Assembly (NCBI RefSeq): GCF_037042905.1
Contig: NC_087259.1
Coordinates: 24,180,001-24,244,000 of the forward strand
Direction: 5' to 3'
DNA from: Lytechinus pictus
Taxonomy: Eukaryota
DNA: 64,000 nt
In this document: piece by piece, positions 24,701 to 39,123 of the stretch
How the letters are laid out: each line of letters starts with the position of its first letter
Numbering within the stretch: position 1 is the first letter of the stretch
Made by a program: the position numbers and the translations under genes
Notes under the pieces: model-generated
What the model was told of the DNA's origin: nothing
Seen by the model: only the letters and a program-made list of their open reading frames with translations
Database searches by the model: none

Positions 24701-27700
24701 CGCGCTCGCTTATATTAACTATGTATCTGAATAAAATTTCCAATTGCTGTTGTATAACCGGACAAAACGACAATTTTGATAATTTTGCACACCATTTTAT
24801 AATTTGTTACAAAGTAATGTTTGAACATATTAAATGCTGAGGACGAATGTCCACAGGTTTCTTTTTTTCGATGAACATGTTGTGGAAAATCCAACGGCAT
24901 CCATCCCATCCTTCTTTTCTTTAAACTGATGTAACAATATACTTGTCTAGTACAGGTAAAAATAACCTAGGTCATAATGACCGATGAACGTGATGAAGTA
25001 AATCATTACTCTAAAAGATTTCGAAATAATTGTCTCCTCGTTTGTGAGGAGTGACAAAGGAGAACTGCCAAGATAAAACGAGTCTGTCAGTCATTGGTCA
25101 ATGAATTCACCCTTTTATAGAATTTTAAAGTTAATCATCGTCACCAAAATATTTACTTCTATTTTCAGATATCTGTCAAATATTAGTATATTCTTAATAT
25201 CAATAAGCTAAGTGTTACCAACAAACAAATTAGGTGGTCATCGAGAGTGAATAAGAGTTAGTCATTTAGGGATGCTCTTTCGAATTAGCATTTATTGATA
25301 AACCTGATATAAAGCGATGTCTCAATGCATTTATCGACTCTTATTTCAATTGTAGAGAAGATGAAAACTGGAAGTCCTCTTTAACTGAAGAAATGTCGAT
25401 GTCAGAACAATCTGGATTGAAGACTAAAGAAGGAATGGGACGGGGGAATCAAAGCTTCCCAAATTTCGTTGATACTGTGTAAACATATTACTGTTCGATT
25501 TATTGGTCAAACATTGATACCCGACAATTTGAAAGTTTCGTTGTTGTAGAAAGCGCATCAAAGGAAAATGCTTGTAATTTTTCATTAAAGCGCTACTCAA
25601 TTGACATGAAATAAAACCCGCACTAACATTCGCAATGTCTCTAAACGCTTCTAGAATTTCATACTTTTCATATTCGTTCGGAAAAGTAGAAGAAAAAAAA
25701 ACATCACATCGGGTTAAACTATCTCAATCGAAAACCGCGCCAAAAATGTCGGGAAGTGGGTCACTTGCATCGCGTCCTTGGATCCAGTGTGCAGACGATT
25801 TGTCATCCTCAACATTTCGAAGTGCACACTAGTTTAGGGAATTGTGAAACAAAGGTGGACTTAACTCGGAGGGAATGAACTCCAAGAGGGCTTAACTAGC
25901 CTGGTTCAAAACCTGTGGCCTTATTTATTTGTCACTATTTTACAGTAAACTGCAAGCCCCCTTCTCTCTACAATTCATGATCAAACTTCAGTTTAAGAGT
26001 CGTCCATAAAGAGTTTGTCATTAATTCTCCTACTTTTACATGATGACATACATGTCTACATTTGTAAATGAAATTCATAAGATTTTAATGCAGCACAAAG
26101 AAATTGTGTTACGCTACTTATGGCCTTTAGATTGATTGAGAGTGATATTTAAAGAAAGGAGGATTACAAGATTAAACCCTTGAAAACAATCATTCAAAAC
26201 GGTTCTTGGCGACACGACCAGGGCGACTTCGGAGCCGGGGCTTCGATTGCGAGAATGGTAAATAAAAAAGGCATACATATCTATCGATGTTCGATTTTCT
26301 GTGCTTTAATCAGAAGAAAACCTTTTCTCTCTTTGCTTTATCAAAATGCCTGATTTGGAATGACGACTGTATTATTTGGCTCTGTCTACCGTGGTGATAG
26401 TGGCGGTGGAGGGGTTGGTTCCTACCAATCTATCTCTGTCAAAAAGCAATGGGTGAATCACGGCATGTTTCTGTGGTGGGGGATCGAAGGCTTTAGGGTC
26501 ATTTTTTTCACCGCGAATAGTGGCATATATATACATGTATATGTTGTATCTATCCTAGGAGGCAAAGGGTGTAAGTCTATTGAATGAAATGGGCATTGGA
26601 TGAAATGCCATTTATAATAAAGTCAAAGACTAATGGACGGTTAAATAATATGCAATATGGATGACTGATCTATGATGACTTTACATTAAGCTGGACGTTT
26701 GATTAACTCCTTTAAAGAGATCATAATTTTTAAGTTCACATTGAAGGACACGTGTATCCACCATACTTATGAAACTGATGTTAATGAAGTTTCTTTTACA
26801 CAGCGCGTTCGCCAAACATAATGAGGAGATGCAGGAAACTTTTACAATGTCCCATTACTCGGGTTTTCATTTATTTCTTTGTCATTATATGATTTGTTTG
26901 ATAAAATTAATTTTTTGCGTTATTATTGTAACTTGTTGTATCCTTGTTCAATTGTTGTTATCACGCCCTTGCTGAAAAACAGATTGATGCAAATTGTGGG
27001 CACTTCTGTATATTGCATAAGTATCTGATTTTCAAAAAAAAAAATCACTGTGATAATTACGGTAACTTTGCAATTGAAATATTTCATTTCTCCAATAGAA
27101 ACCAGATTCGGTATAATAGGAATGAAGCTCATCGACCTGAATTAGTAATATCACGACAAAATATATCATAAATATTGCGAATAATTACACACTGCATGCA
27201 GCTACAGGTGTACAGGGGGGCAACCGCCTCTAATGGGTTTCTTGTTGCTGTTTTTTTTGGTCGTTTATAGAATGATATAAACCAAACTATGGATAAATGA
27301 AAACAAGAANNNNNNNNNNNNNNNNNNNNNNNNNNNNNNNNNNNNNNNNNNNNNNNNNNNNNNNNNNNNNNNNNNNNNNNNNNNNNNNNNNNNNNNNNNN
27401 NNNNNNNNNNNNNNNNNNNNNNNNNNNNNNNNNNNNNNNNNNNNATTTTGAACAAGAGATTGCGTTACTTGTATGCAATACTCCCTTTTTTAACCATTCC
27501 CCTCCTCATTTTCTATAACTTATTTATGTACATTATTACTTTTATACATTGTTATTCAATGTCTATTTTATGTATTATGTATTTTATCTGATAACTTGAG
27601 GGGAAATAAACCAAACTTGAAACTTGAATAAATCAAATCCTATACCGACTTTGGTCGTCTTACCCCTTCAGCGAAAATCATGCGTAATGGAGGAGTGGTA

Positions 27701-30700
27701 AGAAATCCCGAATTTTAAAATGATAAACCCAAATAAACTATATGTTTGCGTTCAATCAAAACACTTATGCTTGATTTATGTTTGTTACTGACGTTTGATT
27801 TGGAATTAAAACATAAGTTTCTTGTAACACCCCATTAGATGAAGAGGGTCGCGTAAAGGGGTGCTGGGGCACCGTCCCTATCCCCACCAACCAAAGACCG
27901 CGTGTATGATGTAACATGTGGTGATTCGGAGTGGCGAGAACATGAGATGTAAGAGAAGCGAAACCATTGGTTCACCACCAACGGGAGTCAATCGACTCAT
28001 CTCCCTCAATCACCCGACCGCGCGCTGTCTCCTCAGTCCCGACAAAAACTTTGCCTCAAGAAATCGAATACTTTCGGAAGAAAGGGGTCGCCGAGACAGA
28101 ACGATGACAGAATATCGACAATTAGAATTAAACCCCTCATCGTTTATACTCTTTGATGAAAAATTATCAACAGTTCAATTCAAGGTATAAACATATTGCT
28201 CAATTTGAATTAATATTTCACTTGACAGCAGTGTAACGGCTGTTATATCTATTATCAAGCACGCTTCTATGATGAGGAAAAGGCCGGGAAAAGGGTAGAA
28301 CAAAAACATTTATATCATGACCAATACCATTTATTATTTCTTGCAACCGCTTATAATTTCTACCAAATCCTGATACTTCACTCTGAGAATATAATACAAA
28401 GGATGACACAATTTTGTGTTGTAGAGGACTCCTTAAACGCCATGAAGAGTGGCAATAACATCAATGAATGGTTGAGATAAAACCGAAATACCCTATTTCA
28501 TAATTATTTCAAATTTATAGAATGTTGATGTTCGCTTGTTAGCTTGCTTAGCTGTTTTTTTTATATATTGTTCTCCCATTTCTCTCTATTATATTGTACA
28601 CTGATAAGAATATCACCTTTAATTAGGGTGTAATATTGTATGTCACATCCTGATGCGATTCCCCAAGGTCAAACCCATCATGTCAAGGTCACGGTCACAT
28701 GTATCCCAATGGCAGTATCTTGCCAAAATACATTTATTATCATACTTGTGGAGCATCTTTTTTACCCCTCCGGATTTGAGAGGGAAACGGGCAGACAATA
28801 TGATGCGGAGTGCGGACAGACAAAGTGAGAGGGAGAAAAAAGCATCGAGATTAAAGAAAGATGTTTTTGAAGTTTCAAAAGTGTACTTCCTAACAATGTT
28901 AGACTACATCATTGATGTCATTAAAAAAAAATGGGTTAATGCTATAAAATTGTCTGATGAATCATTTGCTTAAGTTTGGCCAGTTTATCATGGTGACATA
29001 TGCCTACATGTATACAGATAGCCTTATTGAACTGTGATTGCGTGTAATTAGTTTACTTTACCGTGTTTACTGTAAAATTCGACCCAATCACACATCCACA
29101 CCCACACATGCACAATCGTGCTTTACCTTCCCATACACCCCACGGACTGGAGCAAATTTCCAACTCACACACGAAGAAATTGTGCAGATTTACAATTTTG
29201 CATCATTTAATGCAACATATCGAGCTTCTTTTTTAATGCAACTTTGCACCATGAGCAGTTCTTTACACCTCATTGCAGTCAGCTACATTGCTTTTTGCAT
29301 CCTATTAGAGTGCAGAGTTGCACTCTTAAGGAAAGTTAATGTGCACCAATTGGACGCAAAAATCTTAAAAGGCGATAAGGCCGAACATTTTTGGAGTTTA
29401 CCAGGCATTTCCGTTAGGCATATTTGCAAAAGGTACATTTGCACCTTTTATCAATAGGGTGCAAGATCCCCCCCCCAAAAAAAAAAAGTGATGTCGGTGT
29501 TGCATTTGAACAGTGCTCAATTCCAGCGATTAAAACATGTTAGAATACAACTGAAGAATCACCCCCATCGTGTCGAACACATATACGTATTCGTTTTTTT
29601 TTTATAGTTTAGTTTAGACAGCATTTATGGTTATAGTTTAATTTTACTTTTCTTCCCCTATTATCAGTATTATCGTTATATTCATCATCATGGTTGACTG
29701 GAGAAGCTCATTTCGAGATAAAGTGCTAGCTAATTGAAATACTTATCTATGAAGATCAACCTTGCCATCTCTCACTCCACTCATTTGATTTTATCAATAA
29801 ACTGACGGTCACCCCTAGAAAAATAACTTTCTTAACTCGAAATTGGCCAATGGTTCGACTTTCGTGGTGCCTTTAACTTACACGAAATGGAAACATTTTG
29901 CAACGGAGGAATAAAAAATGATACCAATGTCATGAATCGAGGAAGATGGATAAGGGAAAGAATAGTTTCTGAAAGTCGAACATCTGCCAAATTAAATGCT
30001 ACAGTCAAACCCGCGAGACCGAATCACGGCCGACAAAAGCCGGTCGGTTTGGAATCTCATTCGGCCTTAAGGGTCATTATTGTTCAAGATTTTTTTTTCT
30101 ATGAATGAAACATTACATAAATCAGTGTTCACGAAAAGAAGGGGGTATTGTGAAGACCTAACGCCATTTTGCAGTCAGTTGCAAATTAATTGACAAATTT
30201 ACAATTGACGGTTATATTTGGAACAATATCACTGAAATCAATTTTGTTTTCTGCATGAGCTTGGAGTTATAAATAATTTTCAGATCTAATTGATAGCAAT
30301 TTCTTGCATCTTGCACTATCTTTATTTTGTATTTTTCCCAAACTTTTGTCATTGGCATTACAAAATCATTCTTTTATATAATGTCACCCACCCCGGAAAA
30401 AAATAAATTATCAAAGAAAGACACGAAAATAAAGATAAATCAATAAAGAAATGAATAAATAAATAAACAAATAAATAGATAAATACAAAGTATATATATA
30501 TCAGTAAAGAAACCCTAAAAATGCTTGGAAAAAATCAAATTAAATCAGATATCGGCCAGTTCATATCCAAATCTTGCCAATCTTCAAAGAAATAGGCGAC
30601 AGCCTTGGACTTGACAGTGTGATGAATGGACGCCATTTCACGGCCAAGGGCACTGATCAGTGGGTGTAAAACGGCAACGCCAAACTCCATCGCTTCGCTA

Positions 30701-31615
30701 GTTTCAACTTAATTTCCCCACCACATTCGGTTGACTTCAAATAAAACCCATTTTCCCTTTCGTATATTGAAAATACACAAAGAGTGGGGGTCTATTCATA
30801 TTCTCTTTGAGTATGAATGATAATAATGATCTTAATATTTCGTTCTAAATTCATATGAGATTTTTATCATTAAAAAAACTATTGTAATATAATCCGCGGA
30901 TTTTGAATATTTAGATTACAAAATATACTATAATAGTTATAGATTTGATCTGCAACGCGTATTCCCCCTTTTAATATTATTGATCCTTTGAAGATAAGAT
31001 ATAGGCCTATTGCGAGTGTTGACATTAAACCTTGCAGAATAATCCTATGTCATACAAGTTATGATATACATTTCTATGTGATGACAGGAATTAACCTAAA
31101 TTGGTTTTATCATCACGGGATGTTATTAAACTGATTTGTTTTTCTTATTCTTATATATTTTTTTCAAATTTATTCCTTTTTGCGAAACCAGTCAACTTTG
31201 AGCTCTAAAAAAGTACATCGATGAATCAAAGTGTGATAGTCTCCTTTTTTCAGGCAGTTTAATACCTTCTCCCTCACCTCCCCACACTTTCAAGCCTGTT
31301 TATCATACTGCATGAATACGATGATATTTTATGAAAGTGGATAAGAGTCTGTTTGTTGAAGGTTAATGGTTGTGTCTGGTTTGCGCGGTGAATGGTGAGT
31401 GATCTTAGGTAGTAGATCGCTTTCTCTCCGGGCCGCCGCCCCGAGGTTGATGAGTTAAACATCGACTTGAACTTGCGAGCCACATGATACAAAAACCAGT
31501 TCGATGTACAAGGTTGTAATTGGAGAAGATGCACTTGGTTTTTAGTCAGCCCCCCCCCCCCCCTCTGTCTCTGTCTGTCTCTCTGACTTCTTCTCTCTAG
31601 CTGAAGAATTTATAT

Positions 31616-33411
31616 CCCCCGGATCCAGGGGGCGAGGGGCCTGCCCCCCCCCCCTATTGGCGGAGAAAAAAAGAAGGGAAAAGAGAGGAGATAAAAAGAA
31701 ATGGAAACATAAGAGGTGGAAGACGAGTGAATAAAATAAGATGAGGGGAAGACTTGGAAAATAATATAAAAAAATCTCTTATGTCATTATATATAATTTT
31801 CGCTCGCGCTTCGCTCTCGCATTGCCTTTGAGGTGATTTTCATATCTTCCTCAATATAGAGCTTAAAATATCAAATCTTGAAGTCAATATACAAAACATA
31901 TTTCAGCTCGGAAATCGAACTTTCATTATTTTGTTTGATTTACAAATTGATTTTTAAAAGGTGCTCTGTAAAAATTTCTGTTTTATGGTCTGAATATTAA
32001 TATTTTCGGCTCGCAAAATTTTATTTGTTTGGTACCTATAATTTTCCTGTATTCCATAAAGTTCTCAAAATATCCCTATTCAGGTCAGATTCTCAAAACG
32101 TATCAGCTAGCGCTGCACGCTCGCATTTTATGTAAATCTCAATATTAATTCTATAACAAACTACTTAAAATCCCCATTTCATGACAGTTTATCAAAAAAT
32201 TCGGCTCGCGATTTGCGCTCGCATTGATTGTTGTAAATATATTAACTTATGCATCTTATTCATAATTACAAAAAAGCTTTAAATGTCCAGTTTTCAGGCC
32301 ATAATATTAACAGATTTCGCGCTCTCCTTAGGCTTATTAGATTAATAAATAAGATATTAATTTAAATGATCAAATTGTCCCTTTTTCAAAATGGAATATC
32401 GACAAGTTTCATCTCGCGCATAGGAAGAGAAATAGGAAGATAGTCATCATTTTCATATGATGACATAATTAATGTTCTTAGAATATCCCGGTCCTATGTC
32501 AAAACTCAAAGTAATAATAATGAAACATATTATAAAACAGGGCTTAAATTGACCCTTTTTAAGATCAGAATATCAAATATTTCAAGCTCGCTTTATTGAT
32601 TTTCATGATAAGAAAAGGTATTTAGAATGCCCAGATTCTTGGTCGAAATCTGAAACACGCCTGCGCATTTTTATTCAGATACGCAGCTTGTTCTCTATCT
32701 AAATCATTATCCAGTTTCAGATCACATTATAAAAAAAAATCTGCTCGCGCTTTGCGCTCGCATTAATGTAGGAAGATTTCCAATTACTCATCATTTTCAT
32801 GATTTACAAAACATGAATAGAGTGTCCCATTTTTAGGTGTAAATTTCTAATTTTTCCCGCTCGCACTTCGCGCTCGCATCAATATTGTTTAGTTATATAC
32901 TTATCCTTTTCACGATTACAAAAAGTCCTTAGAAGTTCCATTCTTAAGGTAGAAATGTCGAAATTTTCAGCTCGCGCTTCGCGCTAGCATTATCTGATTG
33001 TTGAAATATGTAACGTCTTCATAGCTAACTGCAAGCAGCCGTAAACAGATCCTTTTTTGACCAGATGAAAACGTATATTAAAAAATTTCTGATCGCGCTT
33101 CGCGCTTGCAGTAATTGTTTAGTTGGATACACATCTCGTTTAGGATCACAAACATTACCCAGAATGTTTAAATTTTAGGAAAATATACATAAAATAAAAA
33201 AAAAATAGCTCGCGCTTCGCACTCGCACAATTTAAATAAGGCTTATGAGATTATCATATATTTATGTTGATTTATAAGAATGAAGCTTAGAAGTGACTAT
33301 TGGGATTACCTCTTCAAATCAACAAACAAAAATCAACTTCGAGAGGCCGATCTGTGAAAATGTGGCTGAAAACCCCCCCCCCCCTATTGGCAAAGGCTGG
33401 ATCCGCCCCTG
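31616..33411. mobile_element. ~1.8-kb non-autonomous element of the GGATCCGCCCCTG-terminated family, containing a degenerate ~115-bp satellite
   Basis: Left end CCGGATCCAGGGGG (degenerate), right end CTGGATCCGCCCCTG. Internal repeats with core GCTCGCGCTTCGCGCTCGCA at ~32743, 32859, 32970, 33091, 33208 and weaker copies from 31802. Confidence 0.75.
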
Positions 33412-33942
33412 CCCCTTTCCCCCCTACCCCTCTCTCTTTGTTTTGTTTTTACCCAAAAGCTCAGGTCCATTTTCATTCAGTTCTTTAATTTTAGAAAATG
33501 TATTGCTCCCTTTCCTATATGCCTTGTTCCTTTTTTGTTTGGGGGAGGGGGTGATTTAAATGAATAAATAATGCAGTAGCACTAATTGATCCACTTTTCC
33601 CCCCATAAAGCAGACACTGTCTCTCATTCTATTATTCACTTATTGTTTGCCGAGCTATGATAGCCATCCTCCACACAAAGTGTATATATTTGTAATTCCA
33701 TATTATTTATTGGTTTTCTGCGAAGGGAAACAAAAATTACCGCGTCAAGTGTCCAGGTCTATCACAAGTCATACATTATCACGCATAGCTACATAATAAT
33801 CCACAATCTCAACACATTGAGACTTTTTGTATTATGTCACTTAAGCCATCGATGAACTTTATACTGGTATACCTGTATATTGATTGCGACTTGAAACCAT
33901 ACGAAGATGTACAATATTTGCAATATCAAAAAATAATGATTA

Positions 33943-34178
33943 CACTCTTAAACTATATAGTTGGGCGAAAAGTGCCCAACTTTTAACCAACCCTGGACAA
34001 CATACTGTTCACACAACCATTGGTTAGAATCTGTCCAAATTGGGTAATAAAAACTAATAATTGGGTAATAAATTTGCTCAATTGGATAATAATTGCCCAG
34101 AATATAATTTTGTTAGCAACAGACATTACCCAACACAGTGACACGGTGGACAGAACGTTGCCCAGCATTTTAAGTATG
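33943..34178. mobile_element. CACT-terminated MITE, TA-flanked
   Basis: TA-CACTCTTAAA...GTTGGGC and GCCCAGCATTTTAAGTATG-TA imperfect inverted ends; related to the element at 44592-44841. Confidence 0.55.
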
Positions 34179-34865
34179 TACATAAGTTTAAAGTTCGAAT
34201 TGATACGTTTCGATGGAATATTGACATATAATCCGCAAAAGTAATAAATTCGTCTTTTTTCGTGTAAATTCTTAAAAATAAGTAAATAGCACGTGATACG
34301 AATTATATCATTCTATCGAAACTCACTCATGGTGCATACGGTCATACTCAATCTTTAGGCGTCATTAATGTTTCTATGATTTTAGAAGATGTATTACTCT
34401 TTTCCCCAAATTATTTCATTTTTATTTCTTTGCACAAAATACAAGGTGTACTATCGAAACATTAACCTATATTCTAATTCAATTGTAATACTTGATTTGA
34501 TTTTCTAAAAGCCCGATTCAATTTTATAGCCAACATTCAATAATGCGTTTTGACACTTTTAGCATGAAGATTTTCTGACAATTCTTGCTCCACGTTTTGA
34601 GCTTCGAGATCGATGTGCTATATATAGCTTTCACATAGTACGTTATCTGAATTTTAAATGAGGTACATACATTGAGTAATAGTTTTGGTTGGAGATATAC
34701 AGTAATAGTCCATTCCTTGTATTTTGTATAAGGCTTTATAGGAGGCTACATAAAAAAATTAAATCATTGGTTAAAATGACAGATGTGGAATACGTTTCTA
34801 CATCATCAAATGTGACCGGTAAGTATCGGTGTATTGTCCATGGTAGGCATGTAGTAAAATAGAAT

Positions 34866-35334
34866 CAGGGGCGGATCCAGGATTTTTCCAAAGGGTGGGG
34901 CACATTTTACCCAAGGGAAATTTGACAAGCAAAAAAAAGAAAGAAAGAAAAGTTAAGGTTGTCACTAAAAATGAAAGTCATTTTGTCCCGCGTAAAATTT
35001 GACAAGCAAAAAAATAAAAAATAAACGCCACATTCACATTAGGAATAATGACTATTGGGGCGTTGCAAGAAACTTGCGATCAATTGCAAGTCTATTTTCG
35101 GTACCTGAATCAATCATATCTCTTGTAATTGATTGTATATTTGCGATTGATTGCCTATCTGCTTCTTGAAACAAGGAGTGTAATCTGATCTGCTAGAGCT
35201 AAAATTGATCTATTGATTGTAAATTGCAACAGAATATTTGCGATTGATTGCAAGTATTTTCTTGCAACACCCCCTATGACTCTCAAAAGAGCATTTCCGG
35301 CCTGTGCCCCCCCCCCCCCTTGGATCCGCCACTG
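34866..35334. mobile_element. hAT-like MITE with a nested Harbinger-like MITE (35056-35274)
   Basis: Outer TIRs CAGGGGCGGATCCA / TGGATCCGCCACTG with 8-bp flanks AATAGAAT/AGTAGAAT. Inner TIRs TGGGGCGTTGCAAGAAA / TTTCTTGCAACACCCCC with TAT on both sides. Confidence 0.8.
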
Positions 35335-37125
35335 AGTAGAATAGTCCAATTCGACTATACTGGAGCTTGCGGGTGATAGTAAAACTTTAGGTTTCTTTAC
35401 CGTAAAAGCGAACGAGCTAGACCTTGCATGAATTCTCGGTTCTCCACATTATAGCATTTATATAGCGCTTTTTCATTGGAACATGCTCAAAACGCTTTAC
35501 AAAATATATTGAATTAGTAATTATACTTTCTCTGTGCTACAATATATTAAGGGGATGTTAAAGAGAAAACAAATAGTTTTTTTTTGCGTTTTTGATATTT
35601 GTAATGAAGAACATGAACGGATATTCATGATCTTATTCCTTTGTTAATGGTGCATGTCTGGGCTCTCATATCTCTAATTCTAAATTTTGATTTTTTGATT
35701 TGATTTGATTTATTGGTTTCTTCTGCATCCATAACATTCGTATAATACATTTTTCATAACATAACATGCTAGCATTTTTGGCATGAATCATAAATAAAGA
35801 GTATTAAAAAGATAATTTCAGACAAAAATGATTAACTATATGATATTCACAATTTGCAGGAGAAGGATTGTCATCATAAGCAGATTGCTTGAAAAAAATG
35901 ACAATCCCAAACTTATACTAATTGAATTAATTAATACATTTATAAAGCAGAATGGGCATACATTTTCAAATACGAAACATGAATTCATGCAATATTATAG
36001 TATGAAGATGAAGATGATAAAGCTGAGGGTGACGGTGATATGATGTTGATGATGATGATGATGATGAAGGCCATGGAGATGATGGTGGTCATGATGAAGA
36101 TATTGGTAATGATGTAAATGTACTTTCTTTCATGAACAAAGTTTTCAGCATTGAATATGATCGGATATTCATGATCTTTTTCCTTGTTAATTAATGAGTG
36201 TGCTCTCATATCTCTAAATCTGAATGTAATTTCTTTCATGAACAAAGTTTTCAGCATTTTAAAAGATAATTATTCAATACATGCAGAGCTGAATGGGTCC
36301 ACTATTATTGCCGCGTGCCATTTTTGTTCCCTTATGTTTTTTTTACCAATGGCGTCAGACCGAACTGCATGGGGCATTAAACATCGGGTCCTATTTACGC
36401 TCATTAAAGCCTACTTTACATCGTGTAAGGCTCCGTATGTGACAAACAGTTACACTAACCTAAATACCCAAATTCCTAAGCAATAATCTAATAATATACC
36501 CCGGTAACATCTTTATAAAAGTGCGTTCACATTGCTGGCTTGAGGTTTCATTTACAGTTGCATAGCTACAAACATGCACTCTCAGAAATATGTTTAGAAC
36601 AACCGCAAAGTTGGATTTTTAAAAAAATCCCAATTAATTTTGCATGTAGTTTTGTTTTAACAAACAGTAGATAGATTAATATTTGAAGTAACCAATAGGT
36701 TGGTTGAATAAAATGTGAAATTGTGCCATATTATTGATTGTTTATTCTGTAAGTTTTGCTTGATAGTTGCTTGTTTATGTTGGTTAATTCTTTGTTTACT
36801 TTTTACTGACGTAAATAACTATCTTGGTACTCCTGGCGCAGGTCTGTTCGAGCTGAATTTAACTTATTCTTAAACATTTTTTTTTCATTTACGTTACACG
36901 TAACTATTTGTCTCTTTTGTACTCATTTGTTTTGGTAAATTTCAATCATTATCCGTATCATCATTTCTTTCTTTTCAAACATCGTGCATACTTTCTATTA
37001 GACGCGTCTACGCAGTAATATTCATATAACATCGATCCTCTTTCTTGATTAAAAACCAAATAAAAAATCACTCAGTTTGGTCGATAAGAAAGGAAAAGAC
37101 GCTATATCAAAATTGGATTAGATTG

Positions 37126-37367
37126 CACCGCAAAACTCCGGTGTGGATTTACCACCAGCCCGGAATCTATATGTCCACACCAGCTGACCAGAGAAGTGTT
37201 AAACAACACCAGTTTGGTTTTGGTCTATAACATGCAGATAGGTGTTTATACAACACTAATTAGTATTAAAACACCATCAGTTTGATTCCAAACTGGTGTT
37301 GTTTTTCAATACGTCTCTGATGTTGATTCCGGGCTGGTGGTAAATCAACACCGGAGTTTTCGCAGCC
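37126..37367. mobile_element. Palindromic MITE (~240 bp)
   Basis: AAAACTCCGGTGTGGATTTACCACCAGCCCGGAATC is inverted at the right end as GATTCCGGGCTGGTGGTAAATCAACACCGGAGTTTT. Confidence 0.8.
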
Positions 37368-38850
37368 GGAATTAAATATAATTGTTGTAAAGTTTGCTTA
37401 TCAGTAAAGTCAGCTTATTTCAACATTCGGTAATTATATTATATAACATATTTCAGCTATAATCACGATGTTGTTGTCCTTTTTTGTGTTCATTACAAAA
37501 ATGAGGTGATTCATAAGCCCACGTGAAGGGTGCGTTGTCATGGTAACGGTTGAGGTATTAATTCTTCTGTGTCACGGTTGCATCCAGAAATCGAAAGGGA
37601 TATATTTAAGGTATATCGGCGCCAAACCCATGCTGGGATCAATGCAGGAGGGATTTTTAAATTTCCGAACATATTTTTGTTATTGGGGATTTTTTTATTC
37701 TATGAAAAATTTCCCTTTCCTTACGAACATGACGAAAGGGGAATCGAATGAAGGATTTACAAGTAACTGAAAACTTAATAGTTCTATCAAATATATATAT
37801 AGTTACAAAGGTATTGATTCTAACGCAATGTGAACAAGCGCTTTTGTATTAGCAGGATGAGGCTGTTCCCATTTCTATTAATCTACCAATAAAGCTCCAC
37901 TTGATGCTAAGAACATAGGGCGCGTTCCGCATGTTCCGGGGCGGGCGCGTCCTTATTTCAATCCTGAACGAGCTTAGTTGGGCATCATTTAAGCTTGATT
38001 TTTATGCATACCAGGGGAGATAATTACGATGAGAGGGCGGAAGCCCATATCCCCATTTTCAAATTAATATAGGCAATAATTTATGAAAATCGTCAAAATT
38101 TTGCCATTATTTCACGAGATCACCGCGTGACCCTTTTCTAGTAAAAATTAACAGAATTTAGGTTATATTTCTGCATTTTTTCTAAAGTACTTTGATATCG
38201 TTGATATTGCTTACTAAAACGTTTTTCCAAGAAATATGCACGAGAAAATAAAGAGGAGCAGACAAAGAAGAAGAAGAAGAAAGGAAAGAAGAAGACGAAG
38301 CAGAACAAGGACATGAAGAAGAAAAAAAAGTAGAATAAGAAGGAAAATATTTTTTTCTCGTATTCATTTATGAAAAATAACTAATCATTGCTTTAAATCC
38401 ATAGGGAAAACTAAGAGAAGTGCATTTGCCTCTTAACTCAGTCCCACATATTGATGCAGATGTTTGGTCATACTTGAAGGACACTTCAATGTCCTTGAAG
38501 CCTCGCTTGGCTACAAACCAATCTATCATTCCATACCTCGCTACTTCTCTTGATTTGTCAGCGTAAAATGCTTCAACGGACGACTGGTTATTGCTTTTTT
38601 TTCTGAGTGTCTCCAATATTTTGCAATTATACCCTTTCTTTCATGTTCTTTTCGTATTTTATTTCTTCAATTCGAGCTGCTTTGTCCTACTTTTCACCAA
38701 GATTGTAGCAAGCGACATTATTATTTCCTTCTTTTGCTTTTGTTCTCTAATTTAAAACATTAAAAACATTTTCTGTGATTTTGTTTTGTATGTATCCTGA
38801 TTGTTCTCTGTCTGTTTCATGTTTTGTCCTATCTTTAATATCAAGGATTA

Positions 38851-39123
38851 CAGGGGTGGATCCAGGTTACAAAGGGGGGGGGGTGTAAAGGATAATTTTG
38901 ACAACCACCCACCCCCCCCCCAAAAAAAAAAAAAAAAAAAAAAATCGCTTCCAAATAGAGGTCATTTTGTGCATGAACAATTTGACAAGCCCCCAAAGTC
39001 CTTACTTACCTTTGCATGGCATTTTCCTCCAATATATATATATATATATATTATTTTTGTGCCTCTCAGGGGGGGGGGGGCACGGGCCAGATGTGCCCCT
39101 ACCCCTACCTGAATCCGCCACTG
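38851..39123. mobile_element. hAT-like MITE of the CAGGGGCGGATCCAG family
   Basis: Ends CAGGGGTGGATCCAGG / CCTGAATCCGCCACTG; internal TTTGACAAGC motif shared with 34866-35334. Confidence 0.7.

Noticed and set aside
31800-33230. CRISPR-like array (conserved repeat with variable spacers)
   Set aside because: Eukaryotic context, no cas genes, ~95-bp spacers that are related to each other, and degenerate repeats; it is a satellite within a transposon
35590-36260. Local duplicated segments (GGATATTCATGATCTT...CTCTCATATCTCTAA; TTCTTTCATGAACAAAGTTTTCAGCATT twice)
   Set aside because: Looks like an old tandem duplication interrupted by simple repeats; no sign of function
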